This document shows, one piece after another, positions 11,198 through 23,138 of a DNA stretch of 43,840 nucleotides. Below the pieces are notes generated by a model, which was not told the DNA's origin, did not search any database, and was given only the letters and a program-made list of their open reading frames with translations. The DNA is from Nemertoderma westbladi. Its lineage: Eukaryota; Animalia; Xenacoelomorpha. A program made the position numbers and the translations under genes. Location of the stretch: NCBI GenBank assembly GCA_032718475.1, contig JAUCBJ010000556.1:1-43840 (forward strand), written 5' to 3'. Position 1 is the first letter of the stretch, and the number at the start of each line of letters is the position of its first letter.

Positions 11198-14100
11198 CTA
11201 AAATTGGAAAATTATAAAAAGTGGATTCCCACACATTATTCCAACTTCTCTTCCATTTCCAAGCATGTCTTCGACAAGAATATAATAAGTGGTACCTTCC
11301 ATTCCCATCTATTCAGGTACCTTCCACCCCCATCTATTCAGTTACCTTCCATTCCCATATCTATTCATGTACCTTCCTTCCATTCCCATATCTATTCATG
11401 TACCTTCCATCCCCATCTATTCAGATACCTTCCATACCCATCTATTCAGGTACCTTCCATCCCCATATATTCAGGTACCTTCCACCCCCATCTATTCAGT
11501 TACCTTCCATTCCCATATCTATTCAGGTACCTTCCATCCCCATCTATTCAGATACCTTCCATACCCATCTATACGGGTGCCTTCCATCCCCATCTATTCA
11601 GGTACCTTCCATCCCCATATATTCAGGTACCTTCCATCCCCATCTATTCATGTACCTTCCATCCCCATATATTCAGGTACCTTCCACCCCCATCTATTCA
11701 GTTACCTTCCATTCCCATATCTATTCAGGTACCTTCCATCCCCATCTATTCAGATACCTTCCATACCCATCTATACGGGTGCCTTCCATCCCCATCTATT
11801 CAGGTACCTTCCATCCCCATATATTCAGGTACCTTCCACCCCCATCTATTCAGTTACCTTCCATTCCCATATCTATTCAGGTACCTTCCATCCCCATCTA
11901 TTCAGATACCTTCCATACCCATCTATACGGGTGCCTTCCATCCCCATCTATTCAGGTACCTTCCATCCCCATATATTCAGGTACCTTCCATCCCCATCTA
12001 TTCATGTACCTTCCATCCCCATCTATTCAGGTACCTTCCATACCCATCTATACGGGTGCCTTCCATCCCCATCTATTCAGGTACCTTCCATCCCCATCTA
12101 TTCAGCTACCTTCCATTCCCATATCTATTCATGTACCTTCCTTTCCCATATCTATTCAGGTACCTTCCATACCCATCTATACGGGTGCCTTCCATCCCCA
12201 TCTATTCAGGTACCTTCCATCCCCATATATTCAGGTACCTTCCATCCCATCTATTCAGGTACCTTCCATCCCCATCTATTCAGGTACCTTCCATCCCCAT
12301 CTATTCAGGTACCTTCCATCCCCATCTATTCAGGTACCTACCATCCCCATATATTCAGGTACCTTCCATCCCCATCTATTCAGGTACCTTCCATTCCCAT
12401 CTATACAGGTACCTTCCATCCCCATCTATACAGTTACCTTCCATCCCCATCTATACAGGTACCTTCCATCCCCATCTATTCAGGTACCTTCCATCCCCAT
12501 CTATTCAGGTACCTTCCATCCCCATATATTCAGGTACCTTCCATCCCCATCTATTCAGGTACCTTCCATTCCCATCTATACAGTTACCTTCCATCCCCAT
12601 CTATACAGGTACCTTCCATCCCCATCTATACAGTTACCTTCCATCCCCATCTATACAGGTACCTTCCATTCCCATCTATTCAGGTACCTTCCATCCCCAT
12701 CTATTCAGGTATCTTCCATTCCCATATCTATTCATGTACCTTCCATCCCCATCTATTCAGCTACCTTCCATCCCCATAAATTCAGGTACCTTCCATTCCC
12801 ATCTATACAGGTACCTTCCATCCCCATCTATTCAGGTACCTTCCATTCCCATCTATACAGGTACCTTCCATCCCATCTATTCAGATACCTTCCATCCACA
12901 TCTATACAGGTACCTTCCATCCCCATATATTTAGGTACCTTCCATCCCCATCTATTCAGGTACCTTCCATTCCCATCTATACAGGTACCTTCCATCCCCA
13001 TCTATACAGGTACCTTCCATCCCCATCTATTCAGCTACCTTCCATTCCCATCTATTCAGGTACCTTCCATTCCCATCTATACAGGTACCTTCCATCCCCA
13101 TCTATTCAGGTACCTTCCATTCCCATATCTATTCACGTACCTTCCATCTCCATCTATTCAGGTACCTTCCATTCCCATATCTATTCAGGTACCTTCCATC
13201 CCCATCTATTCAGGTACCTTCCATTCCCATCTATTCAGGTATCTTCTATTCCATCTATTCAGGTACCTTCCATTCCCATCTATACAGGTACCTTCCATCC
13301 CCATATATTCAGGTACCTTCCATTCCCATATCTATTCAGGTACCTTCCATCCCCATCTATTCAGCTACCTTCCATCCCCATATATTCAGGTACCTTCCAT
13401 TCCCATATCTATTCAGGTACCTTCCATCCCCATCTATTCAGGTACCTTCCATTCCCATCTATTCAGGTATCTTCTATTCCATCTATTCAGGTACCTTCCA
13501 TACCCATCTATACAGGTACCTTCCATCCCCATCTATTCAGGTACCTTCCATTCCCATCTATTCAGGTACCTTCCATTCCCATCTATTCAGGTACCTTCCA
13601 TTCCCATCTATACAGGTACCTTCCATCCCATCTATTCAGGTACCTTCCATCCACATCTATACAGGTACCTTCCATTCCCATCTATACAGGTACCTTCCAT
13701 CCCATCTATTCAGGTACCTTCCATCCACATCTATACAGGTACCTTCCATTCCCATCTATACAGGTACCTTCCATCCCATCTATTCAGGTACCTTCCATCC
13801 ACATCTATACAGGTACCTTCCATTCCCATCTATACAGGTACCTTCCATTCCCATCTATACAGGTACCTTCCATCCCATCTATTCAGGTACCTTCCATCCA
13901 CATCTATACAGGTACCTTCCATTCCCATCTATACAGGTACCTTCCATCCCATCTATTCAGGTACCTTCCATCCACATCTATACAGGTACCTTCCATTCCC
14001 ATCTATACAGGTACCTTCCATCCCCATCTATTCAGGTACCTTCCATTCCCATCTATACAGGTACCTTCCATTCCCATATCTATTCACGTACCTTCCATCC

Positions 14101-15862
14101 CCATCTATACAGGTATCTTCCATTCCCATATCTATTCAGGTACCTTCCATCCCCATCTATTCAGGTATCTTCTATTCCATCTATTCAGGTACCTTCCATA
14201 CCCATCTATACAGGTACCTTCCATCCCATCTATTCAGGTACCTTCCATCCACATCTATACAGGTACCTTCCATTCCCATATCTATTCACGTACCTTCCAT
14301 ACCCATCTATTCAGCTACCTTCCATCCCCATATATTCAGGTACCTTCCATTCCCATATCTATTCAGGTACCTTCCATCCCCATCTATTCAGCTACCTTCC
14401 ATCCCCATATATTCAGGTACCTTCCATTCCCATATCTATTCAGGTACCTTCCATCCCCATCTATTCAGGTACCTTCCATTCCCATCTATTCAGGTATCTT
14501 CTATTCCATCTATTCAGGTACCTTCCATACCCATCTATACAGGTACCTTCCATCCCCATCTATTCAGGTACCTTCCATTCCCATCTATTCAGGTACCTTC
14601 CATTCCCATCTATTCAGGTACCTTCCATTCCCATCTATACAGGTACCTTCCATCCCATCTATTCAGGTACCTTCCATCCACATCTATACAGGTACCTTCC
14701 ATTCCCATATCTATTCACGTACCTTCCATCCCCATCTATACAGGTATCTTCCATTCCCATATCTATTCAGGTACCTTCCATCCCCATCTATTCAGGTATC
14801 TTCTATTCCATCTATTCAGGTACCTTCCATACCCATCTATACAGGTACCTTCCATCCCATCTATTCAGATACCTTCCATCCACATCTATACAGGTACCTT
14901 CCATTCCCATATCTATTCACGTACCTTCCATCCCCATCTATACAGGTATCTTCCATTCCCATATCTATTCAGGTACCTTCCATCCCCATCTATTCAGGTA
15001 TCTTCTATTCCATCTATTCAGGTACCTTCCATACCCATCTATACAGGTACCTTCCATCCCATCTATTCAGGTACCTTCCATCCACATCTATACAGGTACC
15101 TTCCATCCCCATCTATTCAGGTATCTTCTATTCCATATATTCAGGTACCTTCCATCCCCATCTATTCAGCTACCTTCCATCCCCATAAATTCAGGTACCT
15201 TCCATTCCCATCTATACAGGTACCTTCCATCCCCATCTATTCAGGTACCTTCCATCCCCATCTATTCAGGTACCTTCCATCCCCATATATTCAGGTATCT
15301 TCTATTCCATCTATTCAGGTACCTTCCATTCCCATCTATACAGGTACCTTCCATTCCATCTATACAGGTACCTTCCATCCCATCTATTCAGGTACCTTCC
15401 ATCCACATCTATACAGGTACCTTCCATCCCCATATATTTAGGTACCTTCCATCCCCACCTATTCAGGTACCTTCCATCCCCATCTATTCAGGTATCTTCT
15501 ATTCCATCTATTCAGCTACCTTCCATCCCCATAAATTCAGGTACCTTCCATTCCATCTATACAGGTACCTTCCATCCCATATATTCAGGTACCTTCCATC
15601 CACATCTATACAGGTACCTTCCATCCCCATATATTTAGGTACCTTCCATCCCCACCTATTCAGGTACCTTCCATCCCCATCTATTCAGGTATCTTCTATT
15701 CCATCTATTCAGGTACCTTCCATTCCCATCTATACAGGTACCTTCCATCCCCATCTATTCAGGTACCTTCCATCCCCATCTATTCAGGTACCTTCCATCC
15801 CCATATATTCAGGTATCTTCTATTCCATCTATTCAGGTACCTTCCATTCCCATCTATACAGG

Positions 15863-18800
15863 TAGATTAGATTAGATATTTATTGACATTGTATATGTAA
15901 CAACATATAAAGACGCACCACAAGAACACAAAATATATGAAGGTACCGTTACATTGTCTGGTTAATATATACACTGTCCACCGCATTGATCTATCTTAAA
16001 TTAACATACATACAATACATTGTAGTATTAGAATACTAATAGTACAGCCAAATTAGAATAAATAACTTTCTGACATATATAGATATAAATATAAATATAT
16101 ACAATTTCAAATGGATATCAAGATTTTAAATAGATTGTCTACATGTACTACACTATATACGCGAAATTTACAGATAGGTATGAAATATATACAAACAGAG
16201 CGTTACAGTAATATTAATCGTTTCAAAAACAATGAGCAAAGCAATGTTGGGCGGGCCACGAAGTTCGGCGAGCCACTGAACAATTTGCAATTCACTACCG
16301 AATGGTTCAATAATTAACGTTAAACAGACATTACAGTACGATACATTGATTAGAATAAATAATTAAATAACTAAACATACATGGATACAACTAAATAAAT
16401 AAATATGAGAACCTTATTGGCTTATTAGCCAATATGGCCTTCGAGCACACATAGTGCGCGGTGTACTAAGCCTATTGTGTGAGGGTTTTGCAAGTCATTG
16501 AGAGACGTTATGCGGAATGGGTGAAGGGAATCCCGATCGTTCTTTAGAAGAGGACAATCTTTCAGAATGTGTAGCTCGGTCTGGGTATCCCCGCAAGCAC
16601 AAATTCGCGAGTTTCGGTCGGTACGGCTCCATCGTCCACGCTCTACGGCCAGGTTTGTAGACGTCAAGCGAAAGCGGGACCAGCTGATTCTCAATTTCTC
16701 ATCTACAATGGACCCTGAGCTGTAGACTGACGGTTTGTCTAGGTTCGGGTTCACCTCACGATATATTGACATTCGCGTGGAAGTTGCGCTTGCGATTGTG
16801 GTTTTTATAGTCGTACGCCCGGCTTGCAAAGGATTCCGGTCGTCTGCAACGATCTTGTCTATCGTCTTGGCCATTCTAGTCCCGGACTGCCTGCACATAT
16901 CAAGCACCATAATTAGAGGTTCATGTAAATCTGGTTTAGCTAGAATTCCTATCAGGAATTTTCGCTGTTTGTGCTCGACTAGAGATTTCGGATTTGGTTC
17001 GCCAGTTTCAGTGAATAGTGTTTCACGCACTGTGTTTGGACGAACCCCTATTGTACTGCACAACATCTTGCAATATTTTGAGTATATCTCAATAGGCTGA
17101 CTCCCAAGCCAGGTTTCGCAGCTGTAAAACAAACTGGAAATTATTGCGGCTCTAAATACATATAATTTCAACCATACTGGCATAAAGTTGTGTTTATCAA
17201 GGAAACCATAGAATTTGGTTATTTGCTTAGATTTTTCGGTCAAATGAATATTATACACGGTTTCCAACTTACCGTCCTGTGTTATGGGAGCCCCCAGGTA
17301 CACATAACAGTCACAATTTTTAACGATCAATGTCTCATTGTCCGGTGATATAATACAGATATCCGCCCTGTCCGATAAAGTACACCTTCCAACAGCCATA
17401 AATTTTGTTTTTTTAATATTTATTATCATACCATACTCAGCACAATAACCCAACAGAATTTTCAGTTTTTCAATAGCTCGTTCCCGTGTTGTTGCAATGA
17501 TTACTGAATCGTCCATCAAAATGAGGATGTGGAGCCACTTTAAAAAACTGTCTGGTAGACAGCGCCGTAGTAGGGCTATAAGGGGGTTCAAAAATATGGC
17601 GAAAAGAAAGCAGCTGCTCGGGGACCCTTGTAGAACACCCGTATCTGACCGAATGACACTATCTCCCAGAAAACTAGATGCTCTAGAATACATAGCAATC
17701 AAAATACGAAGCATAATTCTACCACACCCCATGCGTTTCAGCACGGAAAACAATTTTGATCTGGGGACATTATCATAAGCAGAGCTAAAGTCGATAAATA
17801 CTAGGAATAGTTTTTCCTTCATAAAAAAGGTATAATCTATTAATAGTCTTAGTGTTAGTATATGTTCAATACAAGAACGAGAGCGTTGTGCCCCTGCTTG
17901 TTCGCAGTAAGGTTTCGCCCATTTTATTAGACGCTTCGCTAAAATTCCGTCAAACACCTTTAATAAAGTGTTTATAACTCGTATACCTCGGTAGTTAGTA
18001 CATGCTGAACGTGATCCTCGCTTAAATATCGCTACGAGTTTACTAAAACACCACATTGTGGGGAAAGTTCCGCTGCTAAAAATAACATTAAATATATGTA
18101 CTAATAATAAAATCCACTGATATGAGAGAAACTTTAAAACGGCAGATCCGACTCCATCAGGTCCGGCTGCTTTTCGATCATCGAGGGAGTCTATTTCCGA
18201 AGTGAGCTCTTCTATCGTTATCGAATCGTCTAGGATTGGGATGTAAGGCGAATCTTCGGTAAGGTTGGTCTGTATCTCTCCCGCATTCGTATATCCAAGG
18301 GACTCAAAATGTGATTTGAACTCAGTGTCAGATGGTGTGACGGATATGTCCGATCCCTCTGTAAGCTCCCCTTTCCATCCAATTCGATGCCACAGGGATG
18401 CCTCATTGCCAGGAATAGCCAACTCGGTCCACTGGCGGACTACTGAGGACTGTCTGTTTGTGCTGTTAGCCAGGATTGGGGTTTTACATTTATTTGATTT
18501 GGCAGTTTTGTAAATTTGCTCGGTGAAACTTTCTATCAGAGTGTCTATGTGTGGGTTGTTCCCTGAGGTGGATTGTTCGGCAAGAGTTGGTGGTCCTAAC
18601 ATTTCTATAAAGCCCTCTTTACATAGGGTGTTGGCTTTGATACCTTTTCTACATTTCCTGACGCCATTACCGCTGCATAATATGTGGTTATAACAACCCA
18701 ACATGTCGGAGCTCTTCTCTAGTATAATCGTACTTGTTTCATTCACCAGCTTGATAAAGATTTCCAACGGAGCATGATCTGAGGGTAAATGATCTAAGAT

Positions 18801-20533
18801 TACATCGAATTTTGTAATCGCTGATACGATCTCCCTGCTAACAAGACAACGATCAGGCTCTGATATAAAACCTGATTTTCGCCTGAAAGTTAGTTCCCCG
18901 CCGTGTCGCTTTCCAGCTATACTCGAATAACTTAGATTTACAAGATTTGATGATTTGCACAAATGTAACAAGTTCTTTCCGTAGCTATTACACAGGGTAT
19001 CATGCGGTGTTCTGTATGAGATTAAATGATCGGAAAACGAGGATAGGTTCCCCATCCTTGCATTTGGATCTCCGGCTATGATGAAAGACATCCACGGAGG
19101 GCTATTAATTATCATCAATTGCAGTTTAGCCAGGGTCGTTGCGGTTGCATAGGGAGATGAGCAAGGTGGATCATATATAGATATAAACATCGTGGATGGG
19201 AAATCTGGCAGTTGGATTCCACATATCTCCTTCTCCCTAAAGGTTTTTACCCCGGGTGATACAAATTTATGGCGTAATAGTATTGCAGTTCCGCCTCGAT
19301 GGCTATCGCCGCCTAAAACACTGCGGTATACCTCGAAACCGGCAACCTTGAAATTATATGACAGTTTTATCTCCTGGATAAAAACCATATCGTATTTGGT
19401 AAAGAGATTTTCGACGGTGGACAGTTTATATTTCTCATGGATACCGCCGATATTCCATGATAAAATTCCTAGCTCAGTAAAAGTGTTCTTGCGGTGCGAG
19501 TTTAAAAAAACCGGATTAAATGAGTCTATTGGTTGTCCGTCAATAAGTCTTGTTCGGGTTTTTAAATCATAACAGACGTTGCGCCCAGCATTGTCCCCTT
19601 TTTCCTTCTCCTTCGCCTCAACTTCACGGAGTCGCTTGTATTCCATGCGAACCGCGGGATGGATGTCAGGCTTTATATAAACCTTCTCGCAGCTTGGGAT
19701 ATCCTTAAGTAACTTCGAGTTGGTGAGGATTTCCTTGCGGTCTGGTGCAGACGCACCAAGTGTTATTATTATTGGCCTTGGCCGTGCAATGTTGAAGGCA
19801 CCAATACGCCGAAACGACTTCTCGATGCGATCTTTTCTAATGCACTTGAATATAAGGTCAACTTTTGCCAGATCATCTTCTGCATCCCCCAATGGTTCAT
19901 TCTCCGGAACGCCAAGAGCTATTACGTTGCGGGCGCGCATGCTCTTATCGATGGACTCGGAGAATCGTTGTTGGTTCGTACAACAGTGCCTTAGGGATCC
20001 ATTCTCTTCCTCGAGCTTATTCATCCGGGTTTCCAAACCGATGTTGGTCGCCCTGACGTCCCCGAGTTCTTTTCGTATTTGCTTATTCTCCGCTTCTACC
20101 CCGATTATCCGGTTATTTAGAGTGGCCATTTGAGTTTGGACTGACTGGAGTTGGGATTCCAATCTCGTTGTTGAATCCAAGATTTTAATAGCCCACGCCG
20201 GTGTTGCGTCGTCATCCGATAGAGAACGACTACCGGTAGTAACAGTGCTAGTTGAGCAGCTGGTACCGGTACTCGTGGATAGATCGGCTGGGACCGGTGT
20301 AGAAGTATCGATACCAAAGGTCGGCATGGTTTGAGGATTTGGAGTAGATGGGGGTGCTGCCAATCGCGCATCTTTACATTTAGAACATAAACTGTTGCAA
20401 GATAACTTTGAAAATACATTACAGCAATCAATGCATCTCGGCATTTTTTTTAAATTAATTATCAGATTTCAGCACTTGCAGGAATTATATCATATCTTCC
20501 ATTCCAATCCATAATCCATATCTTCCATATCCA
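15863..20533 (-). mobile_element. Near full-length APE-type LINE (RTE/RTEX-like or Daphne/L2-like; clade uncertain)
   Basis: Contains the 1339-aa ORF and a ~560-bp 3'UTR with AATAAA (minus strand, 15879-15884) and an (ATCTA)3 tail. The 25-bp satellite flanks both sides. The 5' boundary is uncertain (20489-20533). Confidence 0.92.
16425..20444 (-). CDS. LINE polyprotein: CxxC-CxxC finger, coiled coil and ORF1-like domain fused to APE endonuclease, reverse transcriptase and a C-terminal Cys/His knuckle
   Basis: ORF1-like motifs RNVIALGVPE and RPRPIII. APE motifs SWNIGG, IQE, GGTAILL, GD.NAR, SDHAP. RT motifs GPDG, YRGI, QAG, FIDFSSAYDNV, GVLQGSPSS, LMDD, YVYLG. C-terminal CACG...ELHI..DC. Confidence 0.93.
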   Translation of the reverse strand: MPRCIDCCNVFSKLSCNSLCSKCKDARLAAPPSTPNPQTMPTFGIDTSTPVPADLSTSTGTSCSTSTVTTGSRSLSDDDATPAWAIKILDSTTRLESQLQSVQTQMATLNNRIIGVEAENKQIRKELGDVRATNIGLETRMNKLEEENGSLRHCCTNQQRFSESIDKSMRARNVIALGVPENEPLGDAEDDLAKVDLIFKCIRKDRIEKSFRRIGAFNIARPRPIIITLGASAPDRKEILTNSKLLKDIPSCEKVYIKPDIHPAVRMEYKRLREVEAKEKEKGDNAGRNVCYDLKTRTRLIDGQPIDSFNPVFLNSHRKNTFTELGILSWNIGGIHEKYKLSTVENLFTKYDMVFIQEIKLSYNFKVAGFEVYRSVLGGDSHRGGTAILLRHKFVSPGVKTFREKEICGIQLPDFPSTMFISIYDPPCSSPYATATTLAKLQLMIINSPPWMSFIIAGDPNARMGNLSSFSDHLISYRTPHDTLCNSYGKNLLHLCKSSNLVNLSYSSIAGKRHGGELTFRRKSGFISEPDRCLVSREIVSAITKFDVILDHLPSDHAPLEIFIKLVNETSTIILEKSSDMLGCYNHILCSGNGVRKCRKGIKANTLCKEGFIEMLGPPTLAEQSTSGNNPHIDTLIESFTEQIYKTAKSNKCKTPILANSTNRQSSVVRQWTELAIPGNEASLWHRIGWKGELTEGSDISVTPSDTEFKSHFESLGYTNAGEIQTNLTEDSPYIPILDDSITIEELTSEIDSLDDRKAAGPDGVGSAVLKFLSYQWILLLVHIFNVIFSSGTFPTMWCFSKLVAIFKRGSRSACTNYRGIRVINTLLKVFDGILAKRLIKWAKPYCEQAGAQRSRSCIEHILTLRLLIDYTFFMKEKLFLVFIDFSSAYDNVPRSKLFSVLKRMGCGRIMLRILIAMYSRASSFLGDSVIRSDTGVLQGSPSSCFLFAIFLNPLIALLRRCLPDSFLKWLHILILMDDSVIIATTRERAIEKLKILLGYCAEYGMIINIKKTKFMAVGRCTLSDRADICIISPDNETLIVKNCDCYVYLGAPITQDGKLETVYNIHLTEKSKQITKFYGFLDKHNFMPVWLKLYVFRAAIISSLFYSCETWLGSQPIEIYSKYCKMLCSTIGVRPNTVRETLFTETGEPNPKSLVEHKQRKFLIGILAKPDLHEPLIMVLDMCRQSGTRMAKTIDKIVADDRNPLQAGRTTIKTTIASATSTRMSIYREVNPNLDKPSVYSSGSIVDEKLRISWSRFRLTSTNLAVERGRWSRTDRNSRICACGDTQTELHILKDCPLLKNDRDSLHPFRITSLNDLQNPHTIGLVHRALCVLEGHIG

Positions 20534-23138
20534 AGGTACCTTCCATTCCATCTATACAGGTACCTTCCATCCCATCTATTCAGGTACCTTCCATCCACAT
20601 CTATACAGGTACCTTCCATCCCCATATATTTAGGTACCTTCCATCCCCATCTATTCAGGTACCTTCCATCCCCATCTATTCAGGTACCTTCCATCCCATC
20701 TATACAGGTACCTTCCATCCCATCTATACAGGTACCTTCCATCCCATCTATTCAGGTACCTTCCATCCACATCTATACAGGTACCTTCCATCCCCATATA
20801 TTTAGGTACCTTCCATCCCCATCTATTCAGGTACCTTCCATCCCCATCTATTCAGGTACCTTCCATTCCCATCTATACAGGTACCTTCCATCCCATCTAT
20901 ACAGGTACCTTCCATCCCATCTATACAGGTACCTTCCATCCCATCTATTCAGGTACCTTCCATCCACATCTATACAGGTACCTTCCATCCCCATATATTT
21001 AGGTACCTTCCATCCCCATCTATTCAGGTACCTTCCATTCCCATCTATACAGGTACCTTCCATCCCCATCTATACAGGTACCTTCCATTCCCATCTATTC
21101 AGGTACCTTCCATCCCATCTATTCAGGTATCTTCTATTCCATCTATTCAGGTACCTTCCATCCCCATCTATTCAGGTACCTTCCATTCCCATCTATTCAG
21201 GTACCTTCCATTCCCATCTATTCAGGTACCTTCCATTCCCATCTATTCAGGTACCTTCCATTCCCATCTATTCAGGTACCTTCCATCCCCATCTATTCAG
21301 GTACCTTCCATCCCCATCTATTCAGGTACCTTCCATCCCCATCTATTCAGGTACCTTCCATTACCATATCTATTCACGTACCTTCCATCCCCATCTATTC
21401 AGGTACCTTCCATCCCCATCTATTCAGGTATCTTCTATTCCATCTATTCAGGTACCTTCCATCCCCATCTATTCAGGTACCTTCCATCCCCATCTATTCA
21501 GGTACCTTCCATCCCCATCTATTCAGGTACCTTCCATTCCCATCTATTCAGGTACCTTCCATCCCCATCTATTCAGGTACCTTCCATCCCCATCTATTCA
21601 GTTACCTTCCATTCCCATATCTATTCACGTACCTTCCATCCCCATCTATTCAGGTACCTTCCATCCCCATCTATTCAGGTACCTTCCATCCCCATCTATT
21701 CAGTTACCTTCCATTCCCATATCTATTCAGGTACCTTCCATCCCCATCTATTCAGATACCTTCCATACCCATCTATTCAGATACCTTCCATCCCCATCTA
21801 TTCAGGTACCTTCCATCCCCATCTATTCAGGTACCTTCCATCCCCATCTATACAGGTACCTTCCATTACCATATCTATTCACGTACCTTCCATCCCCATC
21901 TATTCAGGTACCTTCCATCCCCATCTATTCAGGTATCTTCTATTCCATCTATTCAGGTACCTTCCATCCCCATCTATTCAGGTACCTTCCATTCCCATCT
22001 ATACAGGTATCTTCCATCCCATCTATTCAGGTATCTTCTATTCCATCTATTCACGTACCTTCCATCCCCATCTATTCACGTACCTTCCATCCCCATCTAT
22101 TCAGGTATCTTCTATTCCATCTATTCAGGTACCTTCCATCCCCATCTATTCAGGTACCTTCCATCCCCATCTATTCAGGTACCTTCCATCCCCATCTATT
22201 CAGGTACCTTCCATTCCCATCTATTCAGGTACCTTCCATCCCCATCTATTCAGCTACCTTCCATCCCCATATATTCAGGTACCTTCCATTCCCATCTATA
22301 CAAGTACCTTCCATCCCCATCTATTCAGCTACCTTCCATCCCCATATATTCACGTACCTTCCATCCCCATCTATTCAGGTACCTTCCATCCCCATCTATT
22401 CAGGTACCTTCCATCCCCATCTATTCAGGTATCTTCTATTCCATCTATTCAGGTACCTTCCATCCCCATCTATTCAGGTACCTTCCATCCCCATCTATTC
22501 AGGTACCTTCCATTCCCATCTATTCAGTTACCTTCCATTCCCATATCTATTCACGTACCTTCCATCCCCATCTATTCAGGTACCTTCCATTCCCATCTAT
22601 ACAGGTACCTTCCATCCCCATCTATACAGGTACCTTCCATTCCCATATCTATTCAGGTACCTTCCATCCCCATCTATTCAGGTAACTTCCATTCCCATCT
22701 ATTCAGGTGCCTTCCATTCCCATATCTATTCATGTACCTTCCATCCTCATCTATTCAAGTACCTTCCATCCCCATCTATACAGGTACCTTCCATCCCCAT
22801 CTATTCAGGTCACTTCCATTCCCATCTATTCAGGTACCTTCCATCCCCATCTATTCAGGTACCTTCCATCCCCATCTATTCAGGTACCTTCCATTCCCAT
22901 ATATATTCATGTACCTTCCATCCCCATCTATTCAGGTACCTTCCATCCCCATCTATACAGGTACCTTCCATTCCCATCTATTCAGGTACCTTCCATTCCC
23001 ATCTATTCAGGTACCTTCCATCCCCATCTATTCAGGTACCTTCCATCCCCATCTATTCAGGTACCTTCCATTCCCATATATATTCATGTACCTTCCATCC
23101 CCATCTATTCAGGTACCTTCCATCCCATCTATTCAGGT

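Noticed and set aside
16735-20431. ORFs overlapping the LINE ORF in antisense or alternate frames
   Set aside because: Shadow ORFs of a long coding region with no recognisable motifs.
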